The notes under the pieces: model-generated
Told to the model about the DNA's origin: nothing
Databases searched by the model: none
The model's input: the letters and a program-made list of their open reading frames with translations, nothing else
In this document: piece by piece, positions 1 through 7,975 of the stretch
Layout of the letters: the number at the start of each line of letters is the position of its first letter
How positions within the stretch are numbered: position 1 is the first letter of the stretch
Assembly (NCBI GenBank): GCA_046329555.1
Contig: JAXLUK010000005.1
Coordinates: forward strand, 188,801-252,800
Origin: Chitinophagales bacterium
GTDB lineage: Bacteria > Bacteroidota > Bacteroidia > Chitinophagales > LD1
Direction of reading: 5' to 3'
DNA: 64,000 nucleotides
Program-made: the position numbers and the translations under genes

Positions 1-2290
1 AGCTGATCGCTATAATATGGCCATGGTGAATGGTATGATATTACCTAGCACCGAGCCTGATCGTAAAACATTTGCTTTTGATTTATTCCCTTCCAATATG
101 TTGGATAATATGATTGTGTACAAAACGGCACAACCTGATTTACCCAGCGAATTTGCGGGTGGCATCATCAATATGAACACGCGCGACATTCCGGAAAAAT
201 CTTTTGTGCAGCTTACATATAGCAACTTATTTATTCAAGGCAGTACCTTCCAAAAATATCAGACAAACACCGGTGGCAAATACGATGCGCTTGGTTTTGA
301 TGATGGCAGCCGCCAACTACCGGCCAACTTTCCTTCGGTTGACTCTATGAGCGCATGGAACAATTATAACCCCAAAAAATATCAGGCGGCTAAGCAACTG
401 CTCAATCGTTGGGGTTCAAAGCCGGGTAAAGGTATTGCTTATCCAGGTCAAAGCGTGCAATTCAGTGGCGGGTTTTCAAAGAAACTCAAACGGGCAGAAT
501 GGGGTGGTGTAGTTGCTGTAAATTATAAAAACGAATTACGCCAGCAGGCTATCGCACACCGCCAATCTATTGCAGGAAGCGATACGGATTGGGTGTATAA
601 CGAAACTCGATATATCAATGCCACGCAATTAGGAGCAATGGCTAATCTGGCGCTGCAAATTGATGGCCGTCTCAAACTGGCACTGAAAACGTTCTTCAAT
701 CAGCAAGGAGAAAATATCACTACCCAACGCCACGAAAAGGATTACAACACCGGCGATTTATTCGATCGCGAAATATATCAGTTCACCGCAACGCAATTGC
801 TGGCGTTTCAATTATCAGGCGATCACTTTATGCCGAAATCCGGAGTTAAATTGCACTGGGCTGGCGGTATGACTCAGTTACATCGCAATCAGCCAATGAC
901 CCGGGGTATTTCCTATCGATACTATAATAACGATTACGATGATGCCGATACGCTAACCCGCCAGTTGGCTATCAGCAATTCCGTAAACCCATTGATGGGT
1001 GGACTGTTCTTCGCTAATCTTAAAGAACGCCAATACACGGCAGCGGCCGATGCCGCCGTACCTTTTCATATCAAATCGGAAAAGCAGTGGTTTAAAACGG
1101 GTGTTTACTTCCTGCAAAAAGAGCGCGATTATCAATCCAGAATTCTGGGCTTCATTAAAGGACCGCAGTATAAGCCGGCACATAATAGCGACAACTATGA
1201 AACCGCTTTTGATACGGCTAATCTGAATAAGCAAGGTTATGTACTGGCAGAAACCACCAATAAAAAGGAAAGCTATGGCGCCCGCTCCAGAACGGTAGCG
1301 GCCTTTGCCATGTTGGATAACAAATTCAGTATTTTTCATTTGGTGTGGGGCTTGCGTTTCGAACATTTTCGCCAGGAGTTGAACTCCTTTGACCAAACTA
1401 ATCAGCCCGCCAATCGCAATAACACGTATCTCAACTTTCTGCCTTCTGCCAACGCCATCATCAGCGTACGCGAAGACATGAATGTGCGCCTATCGTACAG
1501 CATGACCACCTCACGACCTGAATTCCGCGAGTTGGTGGATAATGCGTACTACGATTTCACCACCAACTATTCAATTACCGGAAACCCTAACCTCACTCAA
1601 ACACAAATTCATAATGCAGATGTGCGCTACGAATGGTTTCTGGGGCGCGGACAAATGGTGAGTGCCAGCGCATTTTATAAACGAATCTTACACCCTATAG
1701 AATTGCTGGCACAGGCCGGAACAGGAAGCGTGCAGGCCTTCCAGTTTAATAATAACAGCAAAGCACATCTGGCTGGTGTAGAAGTAGAAGTAAAGAAGAA
1801 TTTTGACTTCATGAACCGCGCCATTAACTGGAAACAATGGGAGAATTTCTCGCTGTCGTTCAATGTAGCTTACATCTGGTCGCGCATAGCGGTAACCGAT
1901 TCATCTGTTGCCGGAAATAAAAATCGCGCTTTATACGGACAAGCGCCTTACGTGGTGAATGTTGCCTTGCAGTATAATGAGCCAGTGCATCATTTCAGTT
2001 GCGGTTTACTGTTTAATATCAGCGGACCGAAAATTTTCGCAGTTAGTGGATTAAATCAATACGATATCTACGAAAATGCCCGCCCTCAACTTGATTTTCA
2101 AATCAGTAAAGGCTTTTTCAAAAATCATTTTCAGGCCCGCTTTGTTGCCGGCGATTTGATTGCGCGCCCAACCATTCGTTATTACAACGCGCCCAACGAA
2201 AACAAAAACTTCGATGGCCGTCGCGATCAGGTGTTCGGCATTTGGAACAATTACCGCACTTTCCAACTGGCGCTTACCTATTCGTTCTAA
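1..2290 (+). CDS. TonB-dependent outer-membrane receptor (5' end cut by window edge)
   Basis: The frame is already open at nt 2, so the ATG at 17 is internal. Plug-like motif FAGGIINMNTRDIP. About 750 aa of beta-rich body ending in LALTYSF, with the terminal aromatic residue typical of OM barrels. Confidence 0.85.
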   Translation, partial: ADRYNMAMVNGMILPSTEPDRKTFAFDLFPSNMLDNMIVYKTAQPDLPSEFAGGIINMNTRDIPEKSFVQLTYSNLFIQGSTFQKYQTNTGGKYDALGFDDGSRQLPANFPSVDSMSAWNNYNPKKYQAAKQLLNRWGSKPGKGIAYPGQSVQFSGGFSKKLKRAEWGGVVAVNYKNELRQQAIAHRQSIAGSDTDWVYNETRYINATQLGAMANLALQIDGRLKLALKTFFNQQGENITTQRHEKDYNTGDLFDREIYQFTATQLLAFQLSGDHFMPKSGVKLHWAGGMTQLHRNQPMTRGISYRYYNNDYDDADTLTRQLAISNSVNPLMGGLFFANLKERQYTAAADAAVPFHIKSEKQWFKTGVYFLQKERDYQSRILGFIKGPQYKPAHNSDNYETAFDTANLNKQGYVLAETTNKKESYGARSRTVAAFAMLDNKFSIFHLVWGLRFEHFRQELNSFDQTNQPANRNNTYLNFLPSANAIISVREDMNVRLSYSMTTSRPEFRELVDNAYYDFTTNYSITGNPNLTQTQIHNADVRYEWFLGRGQMVSASAFYKRILHPIELLAQAGTGSVQAFQFNNNSKAHLAGVEVEVKKNFDFMNRAINWKQWENFSLSFNVAYIWSRIAVTDSSVAGNKNRALYGQAPYVVNVALQYNEPVHHFSCGLLFNISGPKIFAVSGLNQYDIYENARPQLDFQISKGFFKNHFQARFVAGDLIARPTIRYYNAPNENKNFDGRRDQVFGIWNNYRTFQLALTYSF

Positions 2291-2368
2291 TACTTAACGA
2301 ATCGTTAACCACGGCTCTACAATTACGTAATGGCACAAACGTTTGTTTGCACCCATTAAATCATAATC

Positions 2369-3976
2369 ATGAAAAAAGGATTACAACAATTATTTCTTGC
2401 TGTCGGTTTGTTGCTGAGCCTGATCAGCAATGCCGGTACAGTTACCGTTAGCGGAGATATTACCGCCAACACCACATGGACCAAAAACAATCAATACCTG
2501 TTAACGGGTTTTGTTTATGTGAAGAATGGCGCAACCTTAACTATTGAACCCGGTACAGTAATTAAGGGCGACCTGCCAACTAAGGGAACGCTGATTGTAA
2601 CGCGCACCGGAAAAATTAATGCAGCAGGAACTGCTGCAGAGCCAATTGTATTTACATCCAACCAACCTGCAGGCCAGCGCGGTGCTGGTGATTGGGGCGG
2701 AATTATTTTGTTGGGCAATGCGCCACAAAACTTCCACGATACCGCTACCATGGTGGCTATCGATGGCACCATCGAGGGTGGCGTGAATAACGCAGCCGGC
2801 GATGGAAAATTTGGCGGTACTAATGCAGCCGATAACTCAGGTGTATTAACTTATGTGCGCATTGAATTTCCAGGAGTGGCCTTCCAGCCAAACAATGAAA
2901 TTAACGGACTTACCCTAGGTGGTATCGGTTCAGGTACCACAATCCATCATATCCAGGTTTCCTATAGTGGCGATGACTCTTATGAATGGTTTGGTGGCAC
3001 AGTGAATGCCGACCATCTGATTGCTTTCCGTAGCATTGATGACGATTTTGACACCGATAACGGTTTCAGCGGAAAAATTCAATTCGGTGTTTGTTATCGC
3101 GATATCGCGGCATCTGATGCGGTGGGCGCTTCTAATGGATTTGAATCAGATAACGATGCGAATGGTTCCGCTAACTTGCCTTTAACCGGAGCAGTGTTTT
3201 CTAACATGACCATCATTGGCCCGCGCGAAAACGCCTCAACCGATTTAACCGGCACTTATTTCAAACGGGGCGCGCATCTTCGCCGCAATACCAGCGAAAG
3301 TATCTTCAACTCGGTGTTTTTAGGTTTCCCAATAGGCTTGTTTATTGATGGAACTGCCGCACAAAGTAATGCTGCCGCCAACAATCTGGTGTTCCGTTAC
3401 AATTCATTCTATGGCTGTCCTAAAATGGAAAAAGCATACGACTCTGCATTTGTAGGCGCAGCGCCCAATAACATTGTTTGGGGCGCCAATACTTCCGATG
3501 CCCAGCTTACCGCGCCGTATGCTGCCGCGCCAAATGCCGTTCCCCAATCGGGCTCGCCATTATTAGGATCAGCCGATTTCACCAATGGCAAATTGAGCAG
3601 CGGTTTCACTACCGTAACGTACCGCGGTGCTTTTGGTGCCAACGACACCTGGGCCCAGGGCTGGACAGAAATGGATCCGCAAAACCGCTCTTATGATGTG
3701 CTGGCCGTTAATGACATGAAAGAATCCACCAATATTCAGCTAATGCCCAATCCGGCTAAACAACGCGCCTATGTTCAATTGGAATCCGCTAATGCCGGTT
3801 CCGTGCAAATAAAAATTGCCGATGTAACCGGTCGCGTCTTATTAGTACAACAAAACACCATCTCTTCCGGATACAACCAATTAGAAATTGATTTGAGCCC
3901 ATGCGCCGCCGGATTATATCACGTACAAGTGCAAACTGAGGGCACAGTTACTACTAAATCACTGGTGGTTGAGTAG
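2369..3976 (+). CDS. Secreted beta-helix-like protein with T9SS type-A C-terminal sorting domain
   Basis: Signal peptide MKKGLQQLFLAVGLLLSLISNAG. G/N/T-rich repeat body. The last ~80 aa (MPNPAKQRAYVQLE...LYHVQVQTEG...SLVVE) fit the T9SS CTD pattern. Lies 79 nt downstream of the TonB receptor. Confidence 0.6.
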   Translation: MKKGLQQLFLAVGLLLSLISNAGTVTVSGDITANTTWTKNNQYLLTGFVYVKNGATLTIEPGTVIKGDLPTKGTLIVTRTGKINAAGTAAEPIVFTSNQPAGQRGAGDWGGIILLGNAPQNFHDTATMVAIDGTIEGGVNNAAGDGKFGGTNAADNSGVLTYVRIEFPGVAFQPNNEINGLTLGGIGSGTTIHHIQVSYSGDDSYEWFGGTVNADHLIAFRSIDDDFDTDNGFSGKIQFGVCYRDIAASDAVGASNGFESDNDANGSANLPLTGAVFSNMTIIGPRENASTDLTGTYFKRGAHLRRNTSESIFNSVFLGFPIGLFIDGTAAQSNAAANNLVFRYNSFYGCPKMEKAYDSAFVGAAPNNIVWGANTSDAQLTAPYAAAPNAVPQSGSPLLGSADFTNGKLSSGFTTVTYRGAFGANDTWAQGWTEMDPQNRSYDVLAVNDMKESTNIQLMPNPAKQRAYVQLESANAGSVQIKIADVTGRVLLVQQNTISSGYNQLEIDLSPCAAGLYHVQVQTEGTVTTKSLVVE

Positions 3977-4046
3977 GGCGGAAACAGTTTTTTCTTTCAA
4001 AAAACTAGCTAACTTCGCACTATTAATAAACCAAATAATAAACAAC

Positions 4047-4241
4047 ATGAAAAAATTCTTCGCAGCGTTGATGGTAGTAGCCGGATTGGCTTCTATGAAC
4101 TCTTGCAAAACTTGCGTGAACTGCCGTCCAGTTGGTGGTGGAACTGCACAAACTGTCTGCAAGTCAGACTTTAACAACAACCAAACTTTATACGATGCAG
4201 CCATCACGTCTTACCGTGCAAGTGGCTACAGCTGTTCCTAA
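4047..4241 (+). CDS. Small Cys-rich putative lipoprotein, paralog 1 of 3 (64 aa)
   Basis: I prefer the ATG at 4047 (MKKFFAALMVVAGLASMNSC) over the ORF-track start at 3969. Signal peptide, then CxxCxxC. Shares the motif CKSDFNNNQTLYDAA...GYSCS with the next two genes. Confidence 0.6.
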   Translation: MKKFFAALMVVAGLASMNSCKTCVNCRPVGGGTAQTVCKSDFNNNQTLYDAAITSYRASGYSCS

Positions 4242-4263
4242 GTTTGTTGCTGATAAGTAATCC

Positions 4264-4298
4264 AAAAAGCGCAGTATTCTTACTGCGCTTTTTGTTTT
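4264..4298 (+). terminator. Rho-independent terminator after paralog 1
   Basis: Stem AGCGCAGTA / TACTGCGCT (4268-4289), loop TTCT, followed by a T-run. Confidence 0.7.
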
Positions 4299-4312
4299 AA
4301 AATAGATTCTTG

Positions 4313-4320
4313 TAGTTTTG
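4313..4320 (+). promoter_or_regulatory. Candidate Bacteroidota -7 promoter box (TAGTTTTG) for paralog 2
   Basis: Matches the TAnnTTTG consensus. Lies 29 nt upstream of the ATG at 4349, just after the preceding terminator. Confidence 0.4.
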
Positions 4321-4348
4321 ATTATTCATTAACCAAAAAACTAACAAA

Positions 4349-4537
4349 ATGAAAAAAGTGTTATTCGCTGTTGTGGCTTTTGCTGCACTCTCTACTTTCA
4401 ACTCTTGTAAGAGCTGCGTTACTTGTAAATACGGCTCTACTTCCACAACCTTGTGCAAGAGTGACTATCAAAACAACCAAACCCTGTACGATGCAGCGGT
4501 TGCCGCTTCTCGTGCTGCTGGCTACACTTGCAGCTAA
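4349..4537 (+). CDS. Small Cys-rich putative lipoprotein, paralog 2 of 3 (62 aa)
   Basis: MKKVLFAVVAFAALSTFNSCKSCVTC...CKSDYQNNQTLYDAAVAASRAAGYTCS. Same architecture as paralog 1. Confidence 0.65.
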   Translation: MKKVLFAVVAFAALSTFNSCKSCVTCKYGSTSTTLCKSDYQNNQTLYDAAVAASRAAGYTCS

Positions 4538-4560
4538 TTCAGGTAACTGAAAGAATAAGA

Positions 4561-4593
4561 AAAGCGGGCCAACAACCCGCTTTTTTTATTTTT
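4561..4593 (+). terminator. Rho-independent terminator after paralog 2
   Basis: Stem GCGGG / CCCGC (4564-4580), loop CCAACAA, then TTTTTTTATTTTT. It lies inside the ORF-track N-terminal extension of the next ORF, which argues for the later start at 4609. Confidence 0.7.
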
Positions 4594-4608
4594 ATCGCCA
4601 ATAATCCT

Positions 4609-4806
4609 ATGAAAAAGCATCTCCTCTTATGGGTAACAGCGGCATTGCTGACCGCAGCTACCGGTTGTTCGAAGTGTAAAAATTGCACCAAGCCTACCTG
4701 GCAAACGCTCCGCATCTGCCTGAGCGATTTCAACGGCAATCAGCAACAAATGGATTCTATGATTAACCGTCAGGAAAAAGTGTTCGGCTATGTGTGCGAA
4801 CACTAA
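4609..4806 (+). CDS. Small Cys-rich putative lipoprotein, paralog 3 of 3 (65 aa, most divergent)
   Basis: ATG at 4609 gives MKKHLLLWVTAALLTAATGCSKCKNC...CLSDFNGNQQQMDSMI...GYVCEH. The lipobox-like ATGC and the Cys spacing are conserved. There is no room for its own promoter after the upstream terminator. Confidence 0.5.
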   Translation: MKKHLLLWVTAALLTAATGCSKCKNCTKPTWQTLRICLSDFNGNQQQMDSMINRQEKVFGYVCEH

Positions 4807-5006
4807 AGGGCACTTCTAAAAACCTGGCATGAGAGAAATGCGCAGAAAATTTGATGTAAGACAAGGCGCAACGAATGAGGTTACATAAATGATGTAACTA
4901 AATGAGGCGCAACGAAGTATTACATCAAATTTTCAAGCCATCACGCTATCGCGCCCCTGCTAACGATTAACAACATTTCGCCATGCTAGGTTTTTAGAGG
5001 TGCCCT
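4807..5006. repeat. ~200-bp nested inverted-repeat element filling the convergent intergenic gap
   Basis: Outer arms AGGGCACTTCTAAAAACCTGGCATG (4807-4831) and CATGCTAGGTTTTTAGAGGTGCCCT (4982-5006) match at 23 of 25 positions. Inner perfect 15-bp arms sit at 4845-4859 and 4920-4934. Central hairpin GTTACAT/ATGTAAC. Internal direct repeat AGGCGCAACGAA occurs twice. Confidence 0.6.
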
Positions 5007-5009
5007 AAA

Positions 5010-6338
5010 TTACAGCCGCTTCAAATAAACGTCTTTTACCTGCGTGGTAGCCTTGGTAAGCTTAATGGCGAAGGTTGATTTGTCTAACACCTTTCCTACC
5101 GCCGGATAATTCAAAAACTTGCGCTGAATCATCGCTTTTAACTGCGGATTGGTAATGCCATTCACATTCTTCGAAACATTCTGGCACTCGTCTACAATCA
5201 TGTCCTTAATCGTTTTGTAGTAATCAACCAGCATCTGCTCGTCTTTCTGAACCGGCCGGAACGTATGCGTTACCGGATCCAGCTCGGTAGATACGTACGG
5301 TTGCTGACCAGCCCAATCATCAAACTGCTGCTTGGTCACTTTTAAAGGTGTCAGAAATTTCATATTCGCATCAATGGCCTTCGCCAATGCCGCTTCATCA
5401 TTCGCATTCAGTAGTAGCTTTGCACTGTCAAAATCCATGTTCATAATCTTGGCGTAGGCCAAATATTTATTAGCCAGATTCAAATTGCCGGCCTTGTCGT
5501 AAATACGGGAAGCCAAACTGTAATTCATATTGTTCACGTTCTCCTTACCCAGTTTTTCAATCGCCTCCGTATTGGCCGTCTTGGTGTAATTTTCTACCAT
5601 CTTCACAAAAATATTCTGCGATTCTGTTTCCTGACCTAACTCAAAAAACTTATCGGCTACTTTCCGCAAACCTTCCGGGTCATCAGCGGCTGAATAGTAT
5701 TCATACGCCTTGGTGTACTGCTTCATATCAAAACACAAATCACCGGCCTTTTTATTCATGCCAATGCGCTTGTATAAATCTACTGCCTGCATGGCCGTTT
5801 CGCCGCCCTTGCTCACAAATTCACCAGCCATTTTCTCAATAGAAGGCGTGTCGCTGGCCTGCAAATAAAAATCAATAGCCTTGGGCAAAAACTTATCACC
5901 GCGCTCGTAATATTTGTCGGCAATCACCTTCGCCCCTTCCTTTGCCTTGCCTGATTTGCCATAATAATTCAGCGCGTTCTTTACGTTTTTCGCTTCCTGC
6001 TTTTCATCGCTAAACGCCAGCTCAACATAAGCAGCAGCCAGCTTTTCATAACCTTCTGCTTTCTCGGCCTTGTCGCATCTACCGTAATAATTCGAAGCCT
6101 GTGTTAAATCGCTGTGCTCCAAAAACGCATCGCCAATCAACAAATTCATCTCGCGCTTCATGCCGCCTTTCTGAAACAACTCCGTAGCTTTCTGAATCAT
6201 CTCGTTCTTCTTCGCCGGATCTTTTTGCGCAAAGGCCTTCCCTAAAATTTCCTTTCCTTTATCGATGTCTTTATTTTGTGCCGCTGCAGAAAACGCCAGA
6301 AAAAAGGCACAACAAATAGTGAGGAACAAATTCTTCAT
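5010..6338 (-). CDS. Secreted alpha-helical (TPR-like) repeat protein, function unknown
   Basis: Signal peptide MKNLFLTICCAFFLAFSAAAQ. Recurring A..YY.K.G / A.D.Y helical-repeat motifs. 442 aa. Confidence 0.5.
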   Translation of the reverse strand: MKNLFLTICCAFFLAFSAAAQNKDIDKGKEILGKAFAQKDPAKKNEMIQKATELFQKGGMKREMNLLIGDAFLEHSDLTQASNYYGRCDKAEKAEGYEKLAAAYVELAFSDEKQEAKNVKNALNYYGKSGKAKEGAKVIADKYYERGDKFLPKAIDFYLQASDTPSIEKMAGEFVSKGGETAMQAVDLYKRIGMNKKAGDLCFDMKQYTKAYEYYSAADDPEGLRKVADKFFELGQETESQNIFVKMVENYTKTANTEAIEKLGKENVNNMNYSLASRIYDKAGNLNLANKYLAYAKIMNMDFDSAKLLLNANDEAALAKAIDANMKFLTPLKVTKQQFDDWAGQQPYVSTELDPVTHTFRPVQKDEQMLVDYYKTIKDMIVDECQNVSKNVNGITNPQLKAMIQRKFLNYPAVGKVLDKSTFAIKLTKATTQVKDVYLKRL

Positions 6339-6399
6339 AGCAGCTAATTTTGTTTGTGGCCAAACTAGGAAAGAAAATTAAAGATTAAAAGAATATCAG

Positions 6400-6864
6400 A
6401 TGCAAAATCAAGCGAAACGCGGGAAAAGTAAAGCAGCCGGTATAGCCGCCATCGTGGTGCTGCTGTTGCTGGTGGGCGCAGTGAAGGGATTCAAGGCTTG
6501 CCGCGCCGCGCATCCGGCCGCTTCCAATACGTCAGCCAGCGCATCCCAAACCTCGGGCACGGCAGACGCTCAACACGAAATTGACCCTGATGCGCGTCTT
6601 ATTTTCACGAAGCATGCCCGCTGCCGTATGAACTGCCGCCATATCACTGAAGACAATATCCGCGAGGTGCTGCGCGAAGGCCACGTGAACTACGATAAAT
6701 CGGAACAGAAACCCGGCCGCTGCCCTACCTTCGCCATTGAAGACGCAATGGCCGATGGCACCCAGTTGCGTATTGTGTTTGCTAAATGTGCCCGCGAAGT
6801 ACGGGTGGTTACCTGCATCGACCGTACCCACGAGTATGAATGCCATTGTGAAGCCGGAGAATAA
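6400..6864 (+). CDS. Membrane-anchored DUF4258-like protein
   Basis: N-terminal TM segment AAGIAAIVVLLLLVGAV, then an S/A/T-rich linker. The C-terminal domain carries FTKHARCRMNCRHITEDNIREVL...VVTCI, which resembles the DUF4258 H-A-x-x-R-M-x-x-R pattern as I recall it. Confidence 0.55.
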   Translation: MQNQAKRGKSKAAGIAAIVVLLLLVGAVKGFKACRAAHPAASNTSASASQTSGTADAQHEIDPDARLIFTKHARCRMNCRHITEDNIREVLREGHVNYDKSEQKPGRCPTFAIEDAMADGTQLRIVFAKCAREVRVVTCIDRTHEYECHCEAGE

Positions 6865-6865
6865 T

Positions 6866-6998
6866 CAGGCCGGCTGCTCCGCTTCGCTACGCACCGGGCT
6901 GTTCGCTCCAAGTCCTCGCAAGGCTTCGTACCTCGCCTTGCTGTGGGCTTTCCGCTGCCATCCCTGCCGGACTTCAGGCACCGGCGCGCTTGTCGCGT
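6866..6998. repeat. GC-rich intergenic mosaic repeat (island 1)
   Basis: Abrupt GC-rich block between convergent genes. Shares short modules (GGGCTGTTCG, TCGCTACGC, CGTACCTCGC, GCTTTCCGCTGCCATCCCTGC-like) with the islands at 9935, 37896, 43866 and 45440. Confidence 0.5.
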
Positions 6999-7002
6999 AA
7001 AC

Positions 7003-7935
7003 TTACTTCAAATCTTCCAGTCCAGCCCCATTGCTGCCCTCGCTTCTGAGCGTAAACTTTTCACCCTTGGCAAAGCTGGTCCACTCGGGCCGCCGCGATG
7101 GAAATACGGCGCCCTCCAAATTAAAAACGCCCGAAGCCGTGGTGCTGTTGAAACGTGTTTGCCCCAAAAAATAACTGTTCCGGAACTCGGCATTGCCATT
7201 CAGTTTTGATTGCATCAAATCAAACCGCCCGCGGAAATACGCATTGGAAAACACCGCCTGCTGATCAAAAATGCAGTAGTTGAAAAAGCCATGGCCGTTG
7301 AATTGTACTAAACTAAAATCAGCATACCCCCTGAAATGCACATTGCTGAACTGGCTTTCCCGGCCAAATACCGCACCTTGAAAACTCACGGTTTTGTCAA
7401 AGCCAGCATCCATAAAATTCAATTTATCGAAAGCCGCAAACTGAAAGCGCGCCTCATCGGCAAAATTGGCCTTGCCAAATGCGGCATCACTCAAAAAATG
7501 ACTGCCTTCAAACGAGGCCGTCTTTTGAAAATCGGAACCGCTGAAATTCACCTTGCCATAAGCCGTCACCTCTCTGAAACTAACCATGTCTTTAAAATGA
7601 CAACTCAAGAACGTGACGCTTTTCATAAATGTGACCAAGTGCGTTTTCTCTTTATCGGCGCTGTACGTGGTAAGCGCTCCCTTAAAATCGCAATTGATAA
7701 AGGTGAGCGAGCCATTTACATAATGGCGTTGTATAACCGGACTTTCCAGCGTGGCGTTCTCCATTTGGGTAAAATCCAGCCGTTCGATAGTTTTATTTTC
7801 TACCACTACATCCTTACCAGCGGCCAGTTGTTGCAAAATATCGGTTTCACTCATCCGGTAAATGGTTTTGTTGGAAGAACAGGCCGTAACCTGCATTAGC
7901 ATCAGGCAGGCGAAAAAAAGGAGTGGTGTACGCAT
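7003..7935 (-). CDS. Pentapeptide-repeat lipoprotein
   Basis: Lipoprotein signal MRTPLLFFACLMLMQVTACSS. Long runs of A(D/N)(L/F)xx-type pentapeptides (FSNAYFRGRFDLMQSKLNGNAEFRNSYFLG...). Confidence 0.75.
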   Translation of the reverse strand: MRTPLLFFACLMLMQVTACSSNKTIYRMSETDILQQLAAGKDVVVENKTIERLDFTQMENATLESPVIQRHYVNGSLTFINCDFKGALTTYSADKEKTHLVTFMKSVTFLSCHFKDMVSFREVTAYGKVNFSGSDFQKTASFEGSHFLSDAAFGKANFADEARFQFAAFDKLNFMDAGFDKTVSFQGAVFGRESQFSNVHFRGYADFSLVQFNGHGFFNYCIFDQQAVFSNAYFRGRFDLMQSKLNGNAEFRNSYFLGQTRFNSTTASGVFNLEGAVFPSRRPEWTSFAKGEKFTLRSEGSNGAGLEDLK

Positions 7936-7975
7936 GGTTCAAATCTAAGTGAAAATTGCACTTTCTTCGCACCGC

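Noticed and set aside
4829-4888. 19-codon mini-ORF (MREMRRKFDVRQGATNEVT) inside the 200-bp inverted repeat, a possible type I toxin or leader peptide.
   Set aside because: It is not hydrophobic, as type I toxins usually are, and there is no supporting signal. The sequence is better explained by the stem arms.
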